A stretch of DNA of 63,208 nucleotides, taken from IMG/VR virus record IMGVR_UViG_3300031134_000612; one strand, 5' to 3'. This stretch comes from a virus. Taxonomy: Duplodnaviria; Heunggongvirae; Uroviricota; Caudoviricetes. The notes under the pieces are model-generated. The model made no database searches, was not told the DNA's origin, and saw only the letters and a program-made list of their open reading frames with translations. The position numbers and the translations under genes were made by a program. Shown one piece after another: positions 27,588 through 37,892 of the stretch. Within the stretch, counting starts at the first letter, position 1. Each line of letters opens with the position of its first letter.

Positions 27588-28232
27588 TTAACTCAATGGA
27601 AAAGGTTTACTACGAAAAACACTTTCAAATGAGCCAACTTCATCTTCAATGTCTTTAAATTCGAAGTTATTCCTAGCTCTCCGTAAAACCAAGCCAGAAT
27701 AGGCCAAATAATGATGAATGAAATCAGTAATGAACACATGAGCAGCAATCCAAGAAAGATTACCAGTCATAGCACGGTATTTCTCATGCAACATTTTAAA
27801 CATTGATTTTTGAAAATGAAAATCTCTCATCACTTCTGGTAGATACATACCACCTTTTCGATACTTGTCCAAGTTATGGCTGTATACTAAACCATCCACA
27901 ATTTTTTCATAGTATTCATCTGTCGTACCACGAGTAACAATTTGACTATAATCATGTTCAATAAGGCGTTGAACAATTGTAGGCAGTGGCAAACCAGTGA
28001 AACCAGCTTTCAATCTAACAGGTGATAGCTTATAGCCATGCATAAACATTTCTTTAAAATAGACTTCAAAAGTGAAGTAAGTCAAATCGACCAAACTGAC
28101 ATTTTCAAAAAGATAGGCCATATCCTTATTTTTCGGTTTGTAAAAAAAAGCCGTAAATTGCAATTGAGCTTCGTCGCTTCTCAATGATTCTGGTAAATGT
28201 AAGTTGGCGTCCAGATACTCTTTCATGTTCAT
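27588..28232 (-). CDS. Hypothetical protein with tandem duplicated helical domain
   Basis: LHLPESLRS...HGYKL and MYLPEVMRDFHFQK...SGLVLRR. Confidence 0.7.
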   Translation of the reverse strand: MNMKEYLDANLHLPESLRSDEAQLQFTAFFYKPKNKDMAYLFENVSLVDLTYFTFEVYFKEMFMHGYKLSPVRLKAGFTGLPLPTIVQRLIEHDYSQIVTRGTTDEYYEKIVDGLVYSHNLDKYRKGGMYLPEVMRDFHFQKSMFKMLHEKYRAMTGNLSWIAAHVFITDFIHHYLAYSGLVLRRARNNFEFKDIEDEVGSFESVFRSKPFPLS

Positions 28233-28383
28233 TAAAAGTCACCTATCAAATAATTGTGTTATTTTATCACAAAATAACAAAGAATTCAATCTTAATAATC
28301 TAATCCTTAATGGTTTAAAATAAGACTTTAAAAAAAGATAAAAAATGCTATAATGATAAAATGAATAGATAATTGGTGGGTAT

Positions 28384-29556
28384 ATGACAGAAATTAAAAA
28401 ATTACTACAAGAACTAACAGAAAAATATGAAACAGTGGATGACTTATCAAAGAAAGTCATGTTCGTTGTCTTTAAAGCAGACAGTAAACTCATAGATGAT
28501 TTTACCAAAACATTTAAAGAGTATGGATTTGAGAATGTCAGTGCAGGAGCCTTTGTTTCAAAAGAACTCGATAAAAATGAAATGGATACATTGAAAGAAA
28601 AAATTAATGAATACAGTAAAAACAATTATAAATATATTCCAGACTATGAAAAAGACTATTATAATAAATGCCTAGAAGCGGCTGCTTATAATTTTGGCTT
28701 GACAGAAGTTGTTAATGCAGAACTCAAATCAGACAAAATTGATCAATTAAATAAGATGAGAACTTATGAAAAAGACATTGAAGTCTATCATAATAAGATT
28801 TTAGATAAAGACTTCAGCAAAAACTATAAAGCTGAAATGGTTGAATTCTTATCACAAATTGTCAATGCTGAGCAATTCAAAAAAGCGAATGGCGTCGGCT
28901 TAAAAGAACTAGTCGATGATATCTATGGCATAGCTTTAAAAGCTGCAGACAAAAATGGTTTTGATTTTTCCATTATCAACAATCATAGTGTAAGCATGAG
29001 ATTTACTCTCGAACAAATAGCCAAAAAGATTAAAGCTCCATCTGGTTATTATGATCTTGAACCATCCTTTGCATTTGATAGTGGCTATTCCATGCAATCA
29101 AAAGGTTTTAGTGAAAAAGCCATTGCTGATATTATTAGAGCGAAATACAAAGACGTAGACACAATTGAAGCGACTAAGTTTGATCATGAAATTGCTCCAT
29201 TAGAAGATAAACTTACTCAAAAGTTTATTGCCAGAAATCCCCTAATGAAAGGTTTCACATTCAGTAAAGCACGTCAAAAGACATCTGATAAGAATGCGTT
29301 CGAAATTATTGTTGAAGAGTTGACAAAGGGTGCAATAAACGAAGCAAAAGTTACCAGTGCTGTGGCAGTACACAAAGCTATAAAAGAAGCAAGTCCAGAA
29401 AAAAATATGCATCAAATTGCTGACGTATTGGGTGACTTTATGAAAAATAGACTCAATCTAAAAAACGAACTGGTCAAGGAATTGAATCGAGATCTACCAG
29501 AAACGGCACCCGTTACCGTTGAAAAGAAACGAGTTAAAAAGAAAAAATTGAAATAA
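28384..29556 (+). CDS. Hypothetical protein with basic C-terminal tail
   Basis: 390-aa ORF ending KKRVKKKKLK*. Confidence 0.75.
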   Translation: MTEIKKLLQELTEKYETVDDLSKKVMFVVFKADSKLIDDFTKTFKEYGFENVSAGAFVSKELDKNEMDTLKEKINEYSKNNYKYIPDYEKDYYNKCLEAAAYNFGLTEVVNAELKSDKIDQLNKMRTYEKDIEVYHNKILDKDFSKNYKAEMVEFLSQIVNAEQFKKANGVGLKELVDDIYGIALKAADKNGFDFSIINNHSVSMRFTLEQIAKKIKAPSGYYDLEPSFAFDSGYSMQSKGFSEKAIADIIRAKYKDVDTIEATKFDHEIAPLEDKLTQKFIARNPLMKGFTFSKARQKTSDKNAFEIIVEELTKGAINEAKVTSAVAVHKAIKEASPEKNMHQIADVLGDFMKNRLNLKNELVKELNRDLPETAPVTVEKKRVKKKKLK

Positions 29557-29558
29557 AT

Positions 29559-29586
29559 AAAAAGAGCACCGAAGTGCTCTTTTTTA
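29559..29586. terminator. Bidirectional intrinsic terminator
   Basis: AAAAGAGCAC-CGAA-GTGCTCTTTTT. Confidence 0.8.
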
Positions 29587-29599
29587 CATAACAAATTAA

Positions 29600-29968
29600 T
29601 TAATCTACAGCTTCCAAGATGTAAAGGTGTTTATGGTATTTATTGGTTGATGTTGCTTTAACCAAGTAATTAAAATCACCAAACGAACCTTTTGCCAAAA
29701 TATACAGTGAAGCTCCTGTTTCTTTTTTATCGTAATCCAAAACAATAGTGTCTTTTTGTTTGAAAAATTCTTTAATGGTATCAGGTGCTCGCATACTAGC
29801 CAGATTGAAAAGATCAATCACAAATTTACAGAAATCACCTTGACCTACTTTTGGATGCGAACCAAAATATTCAACATACGAGTAAGCGACATCTTGTTCT
29901 GGATGTTTTTGCAATTCTTGTGTTGCGTTTGCATACACTTCTCCGAAAAGATCAGTAATTTTACTCAT
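29600..29968 (-). CDS. Hypothetical protein
   Basis: 122-aa ORF with GAGG RBS. Confidence 0.65.
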   Translation of the reverse strand: MSKITDLFGEVYANATQELQKHPEQDVAYSYVEYFGSHPKVGQGDFCKFVIDLFNLASMRAPDTIKEFFKQKDTIVLDYDKKETGASLYILAKGSFGDFNYLVKATSTNKYHKHLYILEAVD

Positions 29969-30073
29969 AATATTAACCTCATTGAATGTTTTGAAATGTA
30001 ATTATACCACAAATCTAGAAAATAGGCAATAAAAAAGCACCTATTACTAGATGCCTTAATGTTAATCAAACTA

Positions 30074-30325
30074 TTAAAGAATGAGAATAATCAAAAACAA
30101 AAGAACAAGAACGCCACCACCTAACGCATACACTGGGTGTATACCATATTGTTTTGTATGTGGTTCAATCTTAGAAAGTACACCAGACAAAGCTGGGTGA
30201 CTAGCTGCTTTTGCAGTATAACGAGTAATAATGTTGTCATTTGGATTCTTTTTATAGTCCAAATACAATGGTACGCCAGCTAAAAATGCTAGTAAAACAA
30301 ATAAAATAACCATAATAACCTCCAT
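30074..30325 (-). CDS. Small membrane protein (2 TM)
   Basis: Two hydrophobic segments. Confidence 0.6.
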   Translation of the reverse strand: MEVIMVILFVLLAFLAGVPLYLDYKKNPNDNIITRYTAKAASHPALSGVLSKIEPHTKQYGIHPVYALGGGVLVLLFLIILIL

Positions 30326-30445
30326 TAAGTATGTTAATCATATAATACCAATAAAAACAATAAATGATAGTGCTTTTTAAAAATATATTTGAAAATTTTG
30401 TTGCTTAATGTTATACTTCTCTGTGGTCATTTAAAGGAGCCAAGA

Positions 30446-31207
30446 ATGAGTGTAAACGAACTATTCGTAAAACATGGTAGAGCCATGCTCAAACACAAAG
30501 ATTTTCTTAAAATTTTTGATAATTTTGAAATGCTTAAACATTATGCAGTGTTCCCAGTCAGTGACAAAAATGAAATGTATACCATCACGGCAAAGAAATC
30601 TGCAGCCTTCCCAGCAGACAGTAACCAGAAGTATCGCCACATTATCAGTAAACTTAGCGACCAGATTACATTAATGCCAAAAGAAATGGAACAAAAGATT
30701 ATTGACACTGTATTCAATACATATATCAAAATGGGATTAATTAAGCACAGTAAAGCTGAAATTGATTTTTACAAAAGCGATATTATGTTGAGCAGTCATT
30801 TTGTAGACAATGATGTGTATCAACTCAAAACAAAAACAACTGGTAAGTCTTATTACAATAAGCCAATGAGGATTTTTAAATATTTTTATATGAATCAAAA
30901 CGAGTTCACGATTGTCAATTCGATAGTTCAGGAAATTCAGAAGCATAAATTTACAGTAGCTTACCATCTAAAAGGCGACAAAGTTGTAGTGTTTACAACA
31001 GACCCACATGCTCGTTCAAAAACAGTGTTAAAAGATGAATTTAATAACATTGATGAAGCTATCGAATTTATCAGACTTTACTTTGAAAAAATCATTTTTC
31101 ATTTTTGTTGGAGAAAAGAACTTCAAGTATTTTTTTCAAATGATGAATACGAATATGAAAGTTTTGATCAAAATCATCTTGACCTTTATTTTGCCTACCT
31201 AATCTAG
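30446..31207 (+). CDS. Hypothetical protein, AxxI variant of the C-terminal motif family
   Basis: ATG at 30446 after AGGAG; ends HLDLYFAYLI*. Confidence 0.7.
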   Translation: MSVNELFVKHGRAMLKHKDFLKIFDNFEMLKHYAVFPVSDKNEMYTITAKKSAAFPADSNQKYRHIISKLSDQITLMPKEMEQKIIDTVFNTYIKMGLIKHSKAEIDFYKSDIMLSSHFVDNDVYQLKTKTTGKSYYNKPMRIFKYFYMNQNEFTIVNSIVQEIQKHKFTVAYHLKGDKVVVFTTDPHARSKTVLKDEFNNIDEAIEFIRLYFEKIIFHFCWRKELQVFFSNDEYEYESFDQNHLDLYFAYLI

Positions 31208-31233
31208 TAGGCATTATCAAGAAATAACGATGG

Positions 31234-32238
31234 TTATAGTTTCGGAGCATAAGTCTTTCTACGCTCTATGGCTAAGATATCTTTAACCTGAGCTTTAAAG
31301 ACCATTGCGGTATAGTGAGCATCATTCCCCGCATTGTGCATGTTTTTTGAAATAATCATGTTGTCGTTAAGAAAGGTTTTAAGTTTCTTACCTGTTGATT
31401 CTTCACCATCTGGAACAAGATTTTTTCTATATACTTCCTGTGTATCATAAACCCTATGATCTTTTAATGATATTTTATTGTGTTCAAAGTATCGAACATC
31501 ACAAGATTGCTCATGGAAAATAAGATTGTCAGCCTTCATGAGAGCATGCTCTAAAATTCCTCTCACTTCACTACTATCCACAAACTGGCTCGTACCAAAA
31601 TTAAATGAATCTTGGAGTAACTTACGAGCTTCTGATTTAGCTTCTCTATGCTCATTCACAATATAATGTTCAGTGGTGATTGTTTTTCCATTGATATAAC
31701 TAAGACCGATTTCAGTGATTTGCCTGATATTGAATTTATCTTGAACCATAGGATTAAATTCAAAATCTATTGCAAGATAAGTTTTCTTGTCAAAGTCTAC
31801 ATCACTAATATCACCATAAGTGTCGAGCAAAACTCTACGCTCAGCCGCTTTCTTTTCTTCTATAAGTTTGTGTGCGATATAATCTGGAGATTCTTGGGCG
31901 GCTATTCTAGCCACAGTAAGATCTTCTGGTGAACTATAGTCGAAAGTCATCACGTTTTCATCTTTATAAAGAGCCTTACCTAGCACTGATGATGGGATCA
32001 AGAATGATTTATTTTTCATCATAAGATAAAGATTGAATTTTTCTATTTGGTCTTCATCAAAAAGGTTTCTAATATCAGAACCAGCACCAATATGAATTTT
32101 ATTAAAGCCCAAAGATTCATTTAATTCAACAATATTCATTAATTGATTAAATTGTTTTTTTTCGTCTGCAGACACATCAGTTTTAAAGAAGTGTTGATTC
32201 ATTCGTCCTTTTATTATATTGAGAGCATAATATTTCAT
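31234..32238 (-). CDS. DEDDh-family 3'-5' exonuclease-domain protein (paralog 1)
   Basis: LAIDFEF (ExoI), FHEQSCD (ExoII), MHNAGNDAHYT (ExoIII). Confidence 0.8.
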   Translation of the reverse strand: MKYYALNIIKGRMNQHFFKTDVSADEKKQFNQLMNIVELNESLGFNKIHIGAGSDIRNLFDEDQIEKFNLYLMMKNKSFLIPSSVLGKALYKDENVMTFDYSSPEDLTVARIAAQESPDYIAHKLIEEKKAAERRVLLDTYGDISDVDFDKKTYLAIDFEFNPMVQDKFNIRQITEIGLSYINGKTITTEHYIVNEHREAKSEARKLLQDSFNFGTSQFVDSSEVRGILEHALMKADNLIFHEQSCDVRYFEHNKISLKDHRVYDTQEVYRKNLVPDGEESTGKKLKTFLNDNMIISKNMHNAGNDAHYTAMVFKAQVKDILAIERRKTYAPKL

Positions 32239-32324
32239 AGTTTTTCCGATATTCTATTAGTAGTATACCATAATTTTTTTAAATAAAAAAAACTGGCCGA
32301 AGCCAGTCTTAATTCTTGTGTAGG

Positions 32325-32522
32325 TTAGCTGACAATGAGTTCGTCAACTTCTTTTTCATCAACTTCTGTATCAATCACCGCGTCAGTAAACATCATAAAA
32401 TGCTCAATCTTATCGCTGCAGTGAGAGTCAAGATAAGTTAACAAAATTGATAGTTTATCGGCGTCAGACCAACCAGTAATATCAGCACTCGCATTGAGTA
32501 CGCTATCAAAAGTGTTACGCAT
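32325..32522 (-). CDS. Small acidic hypothetical protein
   Basis: 65-aa ORF with GAGG RBS, directly downstream of the Nudix gene. Confidence 0.55.
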   Translation of the reverse strand: MRNTFDSVLNASADITGWSDADKLSILLTYLDSHCSDKIEHFMMFTDAVIDTEVDEKEVDELIVS

Positions 32523-32534
32523 ATTATATACCTC

Positions 32535-32966
32535 TTAATTTAATTTTAGAAAAGCTTCAAAAACCTTGTTGAAACTTTTTGCACAATGGGTTGGAACATC
32601 ATCAAAAGCGACATATTTGAAAGCGTCTACTTCTGGTTTTTCTCTTTTAGTATAAGGACAGGTAAATGTCGAGACACATTCACAATCCGATGGTAAAGGA
32701 TAATCATCGCCAGTATAAAGAAATACATGCATGTTCTTACGGTTGTTATAAACAAACACACCTAAATCTTTGAGTTCCGACTCTACAAAATGAACACCCG
32801 CTTCTTCCATCAACTCACGAATAGCTGATTGAACAGGCGTTTCCTCACCTTCTGCACCACCTTTTGGGACATCCCAAAAGTTATTGCCAGTGGAATGAGC
32901 CATAAACAAATATTTAACACCGTTAATTTCTTTAACAATGAATACTGCATACGTTAGTTCTTTCAT
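32535..32966 (-). CDS. Nudix hydrolase
   Basis: WDVPKGGAEGEETPVQSAIRELMEEAG Nudix box. Confidence 0.92.
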   Translation of the reverse strand: MKELTYAVFIVKEINGVKYLFMAHSTGNNFWDVPKGGAEGEETPVQSAIRELMEEAGVHFVESELKDLGVFVYNNRKNMHVFLYTGDDYPLPSDCECVSTFTCPYTKREKPEVDAFKYVAFDDVPTHCAKSFNKVFEAFLKLN

Positions 32967-32984
32967 AATAATTTCCTTTCTTTT

Positions 32985-33308
32985 TTAAATGAACTCAATA
33001 TCAGGGATAGTGAATTCAACAGTTTTTCTTTTTACGATTCCTGAGATTTCATCGACATATTCCCATTCTGGATCAAAAAGACCTTGAGTGAAAAAGAATT
33101 TTTCAATTTCTTTAAAAGTGGCTTCTTTCACATTCAAAACATCTTTTGTCGTTTTACCTTCCAAGACAACTTTACTTTTCTTGATAGGCAGACCACGAAT
33201 AATTTTGTCTTTAAGTTCTCCAATTTCAACCCTACGGTTGCCAACGGAGTGAACAAAAAAATAATTGCCATCTTTGAGTTGAACAATGGTATATGGAGTT
33301 ATTTTCAT
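32985..33308 (-). CDS. Hypothetical protein
   Basis: ATG at 33308 after GAGG. Confidence 0.6.
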   Translation of the reverse strand: MKITPYTIVQLKDGNYFFVHSVGNRRVEIGELKDKIIRGLPIKKSKVVLEGKTTKDVLNVKEATFKEIEKFFFTQGLFDPEWEYVDEISGIVKRKTVEFTIPDIEFI

Positions 33309-33434
33309 GATGGAACCTCTGTAAATTGATAAATCCATTATAGCAAAATATCGAGGTTTTTACAACAACTATTCAACAGAAAATAGAAATGAAAAAACAC
33401 CGAAAAGATTCAGTGTTTTTGATTGAAAAAACAG

Positions 33435-33911
33435 TTAAATCTTTAAATAAGACAGTTCAACAGTTACGTCTTTTAATGAAACAATTTCCAGAACAGCTTT
33501 GTCATAGAAGAAATCAATAGTGCCTTTTTTAGTTTCATACAAACCGCCGATGTAACCATTTTCAAAATAGATACCAACAATACGGGTTTTGTTTTCATAA
33601 AACTTCTCAATACTTTTAGAAGGTGATGATGTAACAAATACAATATTAGCACGACCTAGTTCTTCATTATCTTTGAAGAATGGACAAGACAACTCAAATG
33701 AAGAATTCTTTTTATTGAAATTTTTTACTCGTGCTCCCAATGTTTTATACCTGAAATCACGAACATGTGGATCAGAAGATGCTTGTTCATGGACAGTTCT
33801 ATTAAAAGAGTTTACAAGCAATTCATTTTCTTGTTTAAATTGTTCATATTTTAATGAGTTCTTTTCATGTTCATTTAAAAACCCAGCCATTTGCTTTAAA
33901 AACTTTTTCAT
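33435..33911 (-). CDS. Hypothetical protein
   Basis: 158-aa ORF, co-oriented with neighbours. Confidence 0.65.
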   Translation of the reverse strand: MKKFLKQMAGFLNEHEKNSLKYEQFKQENELLVNSFNRTVHEQASSDPHVRDFRYKTLGARVKNFNKKNSSFELSCPFFKDNEELGRANIVFVTSSPSKSIEKFYENKTRIVGIYFENGYIGGLYETKKGTIDFFYDKAVLEIVSLKDVTVELSYLKI

Positions 33912-33983
33912 AAATCACCTGTTTATTTTTTTTAATTATACAGCTATAACGACTTGAAAGCAATAAAAAATAAGGCTTTCACC

Positions 33984-34178
33984 TTATTTTTTAGACTTTT
34001 CGTCTTTTTCCATAATAACTTGAATTTCGGCTTTTAATTTATTGTATTCTTTTGTGTCATTTGGCTTAATATTGTATTTTTTAACATTTTCATCATATTC
34101 TTTCATGGTTTCAGTCAACAAGGCAACCAACATCTTTGCTTTGGGTACCAATTTCATAATGCTTAGTGGATCTAACAT
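33984..34178 (-). CDS. Small helical hypothetical protein
   Basis: 64-aa ORF with AGGAG RBS. Confidence 0.55.
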   Translation of the reverse strand: MLDPLSIMKLVPKAKMLVALLTETMKEYDENVKKYNIKPNDTKEYNKLKAEIQVIMEKDEKSKK

Positions 34179-34250
34179 CTCATTCTCCTTTGTATTAAAT
34201 GATTTGCTCAGTTTAGCCCATCATAAAAGAAAATCAATGTTATTATAATA

Positions 34251-34931
34251 TTATTCATTATACATTGAACAACTAAAAGCATCCACAATCACCAGTTGTC
34301 CAGTGTTTGGGCGAATCATAAAGTTACGAAAATGAAAGTCTAAACTGAAAATAGTATCCCCTTGCTGTCTCGCTATTTTACGCAAATCTTTTAATAATGT
34401 TCTAAAAAAACTTTCAAAATCAGTATCAACACGTTTTGAAAAATAGTGTGATTGTTGAATTCGATCCATAATAAGATCAATATCATCATCCGTTAAGTCA
34501 ATAAAAGCTTTAGCAATATATCCATAAAAAATAGATTTCACATCAGCCACCAATTCAGGATAAGGTTCGATATCTATTAGTTTTTCGCAATCAATGCAAA
34601 ATAGTTTTTTACGATCAAACTGATAAACAATACAGGAATTGAAGGTGGGAAGGTATTGGATATGTTGGTTATCTATACAATATTGTGACCAATATTTAAT
34701 TTCTTTAATCTGTTCACTGCCACAACGTAGTGATTGAACTTTAAAAATGTGGTGAGTTTCACTGTCTTCAAACACATTAAAACAAATACCTGAATTAATC
34801 GGTCGCCAATAGGGGTGCTTCTTTAAAAAGTAAGCACTAGGCTCTATTCCATTAACAATGACTTCGATGATATCCAATGAATGCGTTCCTTTGTGTTTAA
34901 TAATTGCAATTATAGCATAGTGGCATTTCAT
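34251..34931 (-). CDS. Protein kinase-like protein (T7 gp0.7-like), paralog B
   Basis: INSGICFNVF, HIFKV, LDFHFRNFMIR catalytic loop, VIVDAF. Confidence 0.6.
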   Translation of the reverse strand: MKCHYAIIAIIKHKGTHSLDIIEVIVNGIEPSAYFLKKHPYWRPINSGICFNVFEDSETHHIFKVQSLRCGSEQIKEIKYWSQYCIDNQHIQYLPTFNSCIVYQFDRKKLFCIDCEKLIDIEPYPELVADVKSIFYGYIAKAFIDLTDDDIDLIMDRIQQSHYFSKRVDTDFESFFRTLLKDLRKIARQQGDTIFSLDFHFRNFMIRPNTGQLVIVDAFSCSMYNE

Positions 34932-34943
34932 TTAATACTGATT

Positions 34944-35648
34944 TTAATAAAAAGGATCGTTTAATATCAAATTCATATCAGTCCCATCTAACCTAAACAT
35001 AATATTTTTAGAATGTAAGTCTAAGGTATAACAAGAAAACTTTTGAGAGATGTCCGTTAAAAGTTCTTTGAGTAAATCGTACTCAACAAGGTGCGTAAAC
35101 ATATCCGATTCTGGACTAATCAATTCATCATCATTAGGATACACAATGTTTGACTTCATATGTGAATGAATGTTACCACATAGTTCGCTTGCGAAGTTAT
35201 AAATACGATAATCATTAAGCTTATTCAGATGAAATAATCGCTCACATTTTATAATGTAAGCAAAGTGCTCTGGGTCTATAGTAATTTCATATACTTTCGG
35301 TAAATGTTTGTTATGACTGCAGTTATCCAAACAATAATACGCCCAGTCAAGGTTTGTTTTAAAGATATACTCTATTAAAGCGTCTTTTACTTGTTCTGGG
35401 TTGTTTATGATGTCATTAAAGACTTGATAGAACAATTCCTCGGCGTCATCACTGATCAGTAATGAATGCTTCTTATCTTTCATGACAGAGAGTTTAAAGG
35501 CTTTGATAACAACATCATTCTTTTCATCATAATAAGAGGTAAGAAACTTACCAGATCCTAAGACTTGGTAAGTTCTTTTTAATCGACTATGAAGTGCTCT
35601 GTTACGCTTATAGGCTAGTTTAAGTAAGTCAATGCTGTCCATGAACAC
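34944..35648 (-). CDS. Protein kinase-like protein (T7 gp0.7-like), paralog A
   Basis: VLGSGKFLTSY, VVIKAF, LPKVY, LDLHSKNIMFR, ILNDPF. Confidence 0.75.
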   Translation of the reverse strand: MFMDSIDLLKLAYKRNRALHSRLKRTYQVLGSGKFLTSYYDEKNDVVIKAFKLSVMKDKKHSLLISDDAEELFYQVFNDIINNPEQVKDALIEYIFKTNLDWAYYCLDNCSHNKHLPKVYEITIDPEHFAYIIKCERLFHLNKLNDYRIYNFASELCGNIHSHMKSNIVYPNDDELISPESDMFTHLVEYDLLKELLTDISQKFSCYTLDLHSKNIMFRLDGTDMNLILNDPFY

Positions 35649-35889
35649 TGTCCGTGGATAAGGCTATCACTGGTTCTTGTTCAAGATACAGTGCCATCGA
35701 AAAATAATGATTAGCGTAACAGTCTGGAAGCGGGCTTTTACCATCAAACTTATAAGTTTTGCCATTATAATCAATGGTCTTGGGCCATTCTTTCGAATAA
35801 CTCAAAAAACGGCTACAAACGACTAATTCTTTTTTGTTATCAATATGAAGACCTTGAATGCAATAATCATCACCTTCTTTCATAATCAT
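35629..35889 (-). CDS. Small hypothetical protein
   Basis: Tightly packed in a putative operon. Confidence 0.55.
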   Translation of the reverse strand: MIMKEGDDYCIQGLHIDNKKELVVCSRFLSYSKEWPKTIDYNGKTYKFDGKSPLPDCYANHYFSMALYLEQEPVIALSTDSVHGQH

Positions 35890-35891
35890 AA

Positions 35892-36119
35892 TTATTTCTC
35901 CATATCAATAAGAATTGTGTCGCCATCAACAGTACATTTTAAAGACTCACACAACTCAGTAAGTCGGTTCTCTTCAAACTCAACTTTGGACACAAAATGA
36001 CATGAATACTCACCATACACATGGTTATTCAATACGACTTTAATGCCAAAAGAAGTCAGTTTTTCGGCTTCTTTTTTATCAAGAAACCGACGATGTTTAA
36101 CCTTTACGGAATAAAGCAT
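35892..36119 (-). CDS. Small hypothetical protein
   Basis: AGGAG RBS; tightly packed. Confidence 0.55.
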   Translation of the reverse strand: MLYSVKVKHRRFLDKKEAEKLTSFGIKVVLNNHVYGEYSCHFVSKVEFEENRLTELCESLKCTVDGDTILIDMEK

Positions 36120-36128
36120 AACGACTCC

Positions 36129-36329
36129 TTATGCAGAACCGACTGAGGTGCGACGGTACGATGATTTATCACCAAAGGTACGTTGATCTTTACCATCTAG
36201 CGAAACAGCCACATACATAGGCTTACCATCATCAAAATAACGGCAACAAATCTTACCAACAAAGTCAAGGCTTGCAACCAAGTCACCGTTGCCCATTTTG
36301 TGAGTCATTTTAGGGTTTTCACCAATCAT
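36129..36329 (-). CDS. Small hypothetical protein
   Basis: AGGAG RBS; first gene of the small-gene/kinase run. Confidence 0.55.
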   Translation of the reverse strand: MIGENPKMTHKMGNGDLVASLDFVGKICCRYFDDGKPMYVAVSLDGKDQRTFGDKSSYRRTSVGSA

Positions 36330-36398
36330 TTTAAATCTCCTATTTGTTTATTAATTTAATGTGGTAATTATAGCATTAAATACTGGGTAAATCAACTT

Positions 36399-36953
36399 TT
36401 AAATAAAGCACATATCAATCAAATCTTTATTCAAGTCTTCAACATCACCAAACATTTTTTTAATGTCGTAGAAACAATTTTTAAGCAAGAAATATGTTTT
36501 CAGGCTGACCAGTTCCATACCATTCACACCCGAAATATAAAAACCATTTTGATCCGATACAACAGTGAAATTCACGTCATAAAATTGTTCCTTACCAAAT
36601 ACCTGAATGTCCAGTAGAAATCGTTCATTTTTCTTTGGCGTGTAAGTGGTATAGAAAGAAACCTTGTTATCATCTTTTTTATCAACAGCGATATAATGAG
36701 TAACACTGTATTTGCTCAGAAATGTTTTTCTGTCAAAAGCAAACAATCCATCAAGCGTGCTCAACACATGATCTTGATGATCAGCAATCATTTTTTTAAA
36801 TGGATTTGATTTTTGTGGATACTTAAAAACAACCACTGAGTTTTCATAACGAGCCATTCGTAGTTTTAAACCACCAACCATACCTGAATAGTGATCAAGA
36901 CTGTATTCTGTCTCTCCAAAGTATTTTGCAATGGCTTCAATTTGTTTAATCAT
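36399..36953 (-). CDS. Hypothetical protein, MxxI family
   Basis: Ends DLNKDLIDMCFI*. Confidence 0.7.
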   Translation of the reverse strand: MIKQIEAIAKYFGETEYSLDHYSGMVGGLKLRMARYENSVVVFKYPQKSNPFKKMIADHQDHVLSTLDGLFAFDRKTFLSKYSVTHYIAVDKKDDNKVSFYTTYTPKKNERFLLDIQVFGKEQFYDVNFTVVSDQNGFYISGVNGMELVSLKTYFLLKNCFYDIKKMFGDVEDLNKDLIDMCFI

Positions 36954-37139
36954 GGTTAACTATCTCATTAAGTTTGATAGCAGTATTATACTACAGATTA
37001 ATACGGATGGTCAAACAAATAATACAAAATTGAAAGACTACTTTTCATCATTATTGAGTATCAGTGGCATACTAAGAACTTGAATAACACTCATCACGTT
37101 AACTTAATAATGTCCATATTCATCAAAAGATAATGACAA

Positions 37140-37799
37140 TTAAAACGTTAGCATTGTGAGTATTTTAATATTTTCATCAAAATCATCAACAAACTTATCA
37201 ATGTTTTCAAAATGCTCTTTAATTTGCTCTGAAAACTTATGTGCAATATACGCAATCGTGACTGTATGGACTGGATAATAGGTGCTGTGCTGTTTAAAGT
37301 CCAAAGCAGACTCTGAATAGTAGTTATAAGAACACGGCACTTTAATCAAAGCAAAATTAATAATAGAGTCAATTGGCTCTCTTTTATCAATAGGAATACG
37401 ATAACAAATACTCAGATTATCCTTTTGACCATTTTTAGATTTAAACTCAAAATGATTTGTATATAAGACTAAAATATTATTTTTATTGATAAACTGAAAT
37501 TCGAGTTCTTCACGGCAGGTATCAATATTCTTTTGCAATGGATAGAAATTTTTACGATGACTGTGTTTATTAGCAAAGTCACTGTTAAAAGTGTCAACAA
37601 ATTCATGATAGCTGGAAACTGCTTCATTATGGAGTCTAATCAATAAAGGATCTTCACATTTTTTAATAATAAATGAATCACTGGCGGTCTTCTTTTTAAG
37701 ATAACCAAACCCAGTCAAATGTTGAAAGCCAGTTTCCAAGTTATCTGGAAATTGAACAGTGTCTTCAATATGGAAGAACTTCTGGAAAAGAATATGCAT
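37140..37799 (-). CDS. Hypothetical protein, MxxF family
   Basis: ATG at 37799 with GGAG RBS; ends ENIKILTMLTF*. Confidence 0.7.
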   Translation of the reverse strand: MHILFQKFFHIEDTVQFPDNLETGFQHLTGFGYLKKKTASDSFIIKKCEDPLLIRLHNEAVSSYHEFVDTFNSDFANKHSHRKNFYPLQKNIDTCREELEFQFINKNNILVLYTNHFEFKSKNGQKDNLSICYRIPIDKREPIDSIINFALIKVPCSYNYYSESALDFKQHSTYYPVHTVTIAYIAHKFSEQIKEHFENIDKFVDDFDENIKILTMLTF

Positions 37800-37892
37800 T
37801 TCGACTCCTAATAATTGAATAATTATACTACATTCAGAAAGTGAAAGCAACAAAAAATAGCCCGAAGGCTACTTTTATATGTTTGTTAATTA

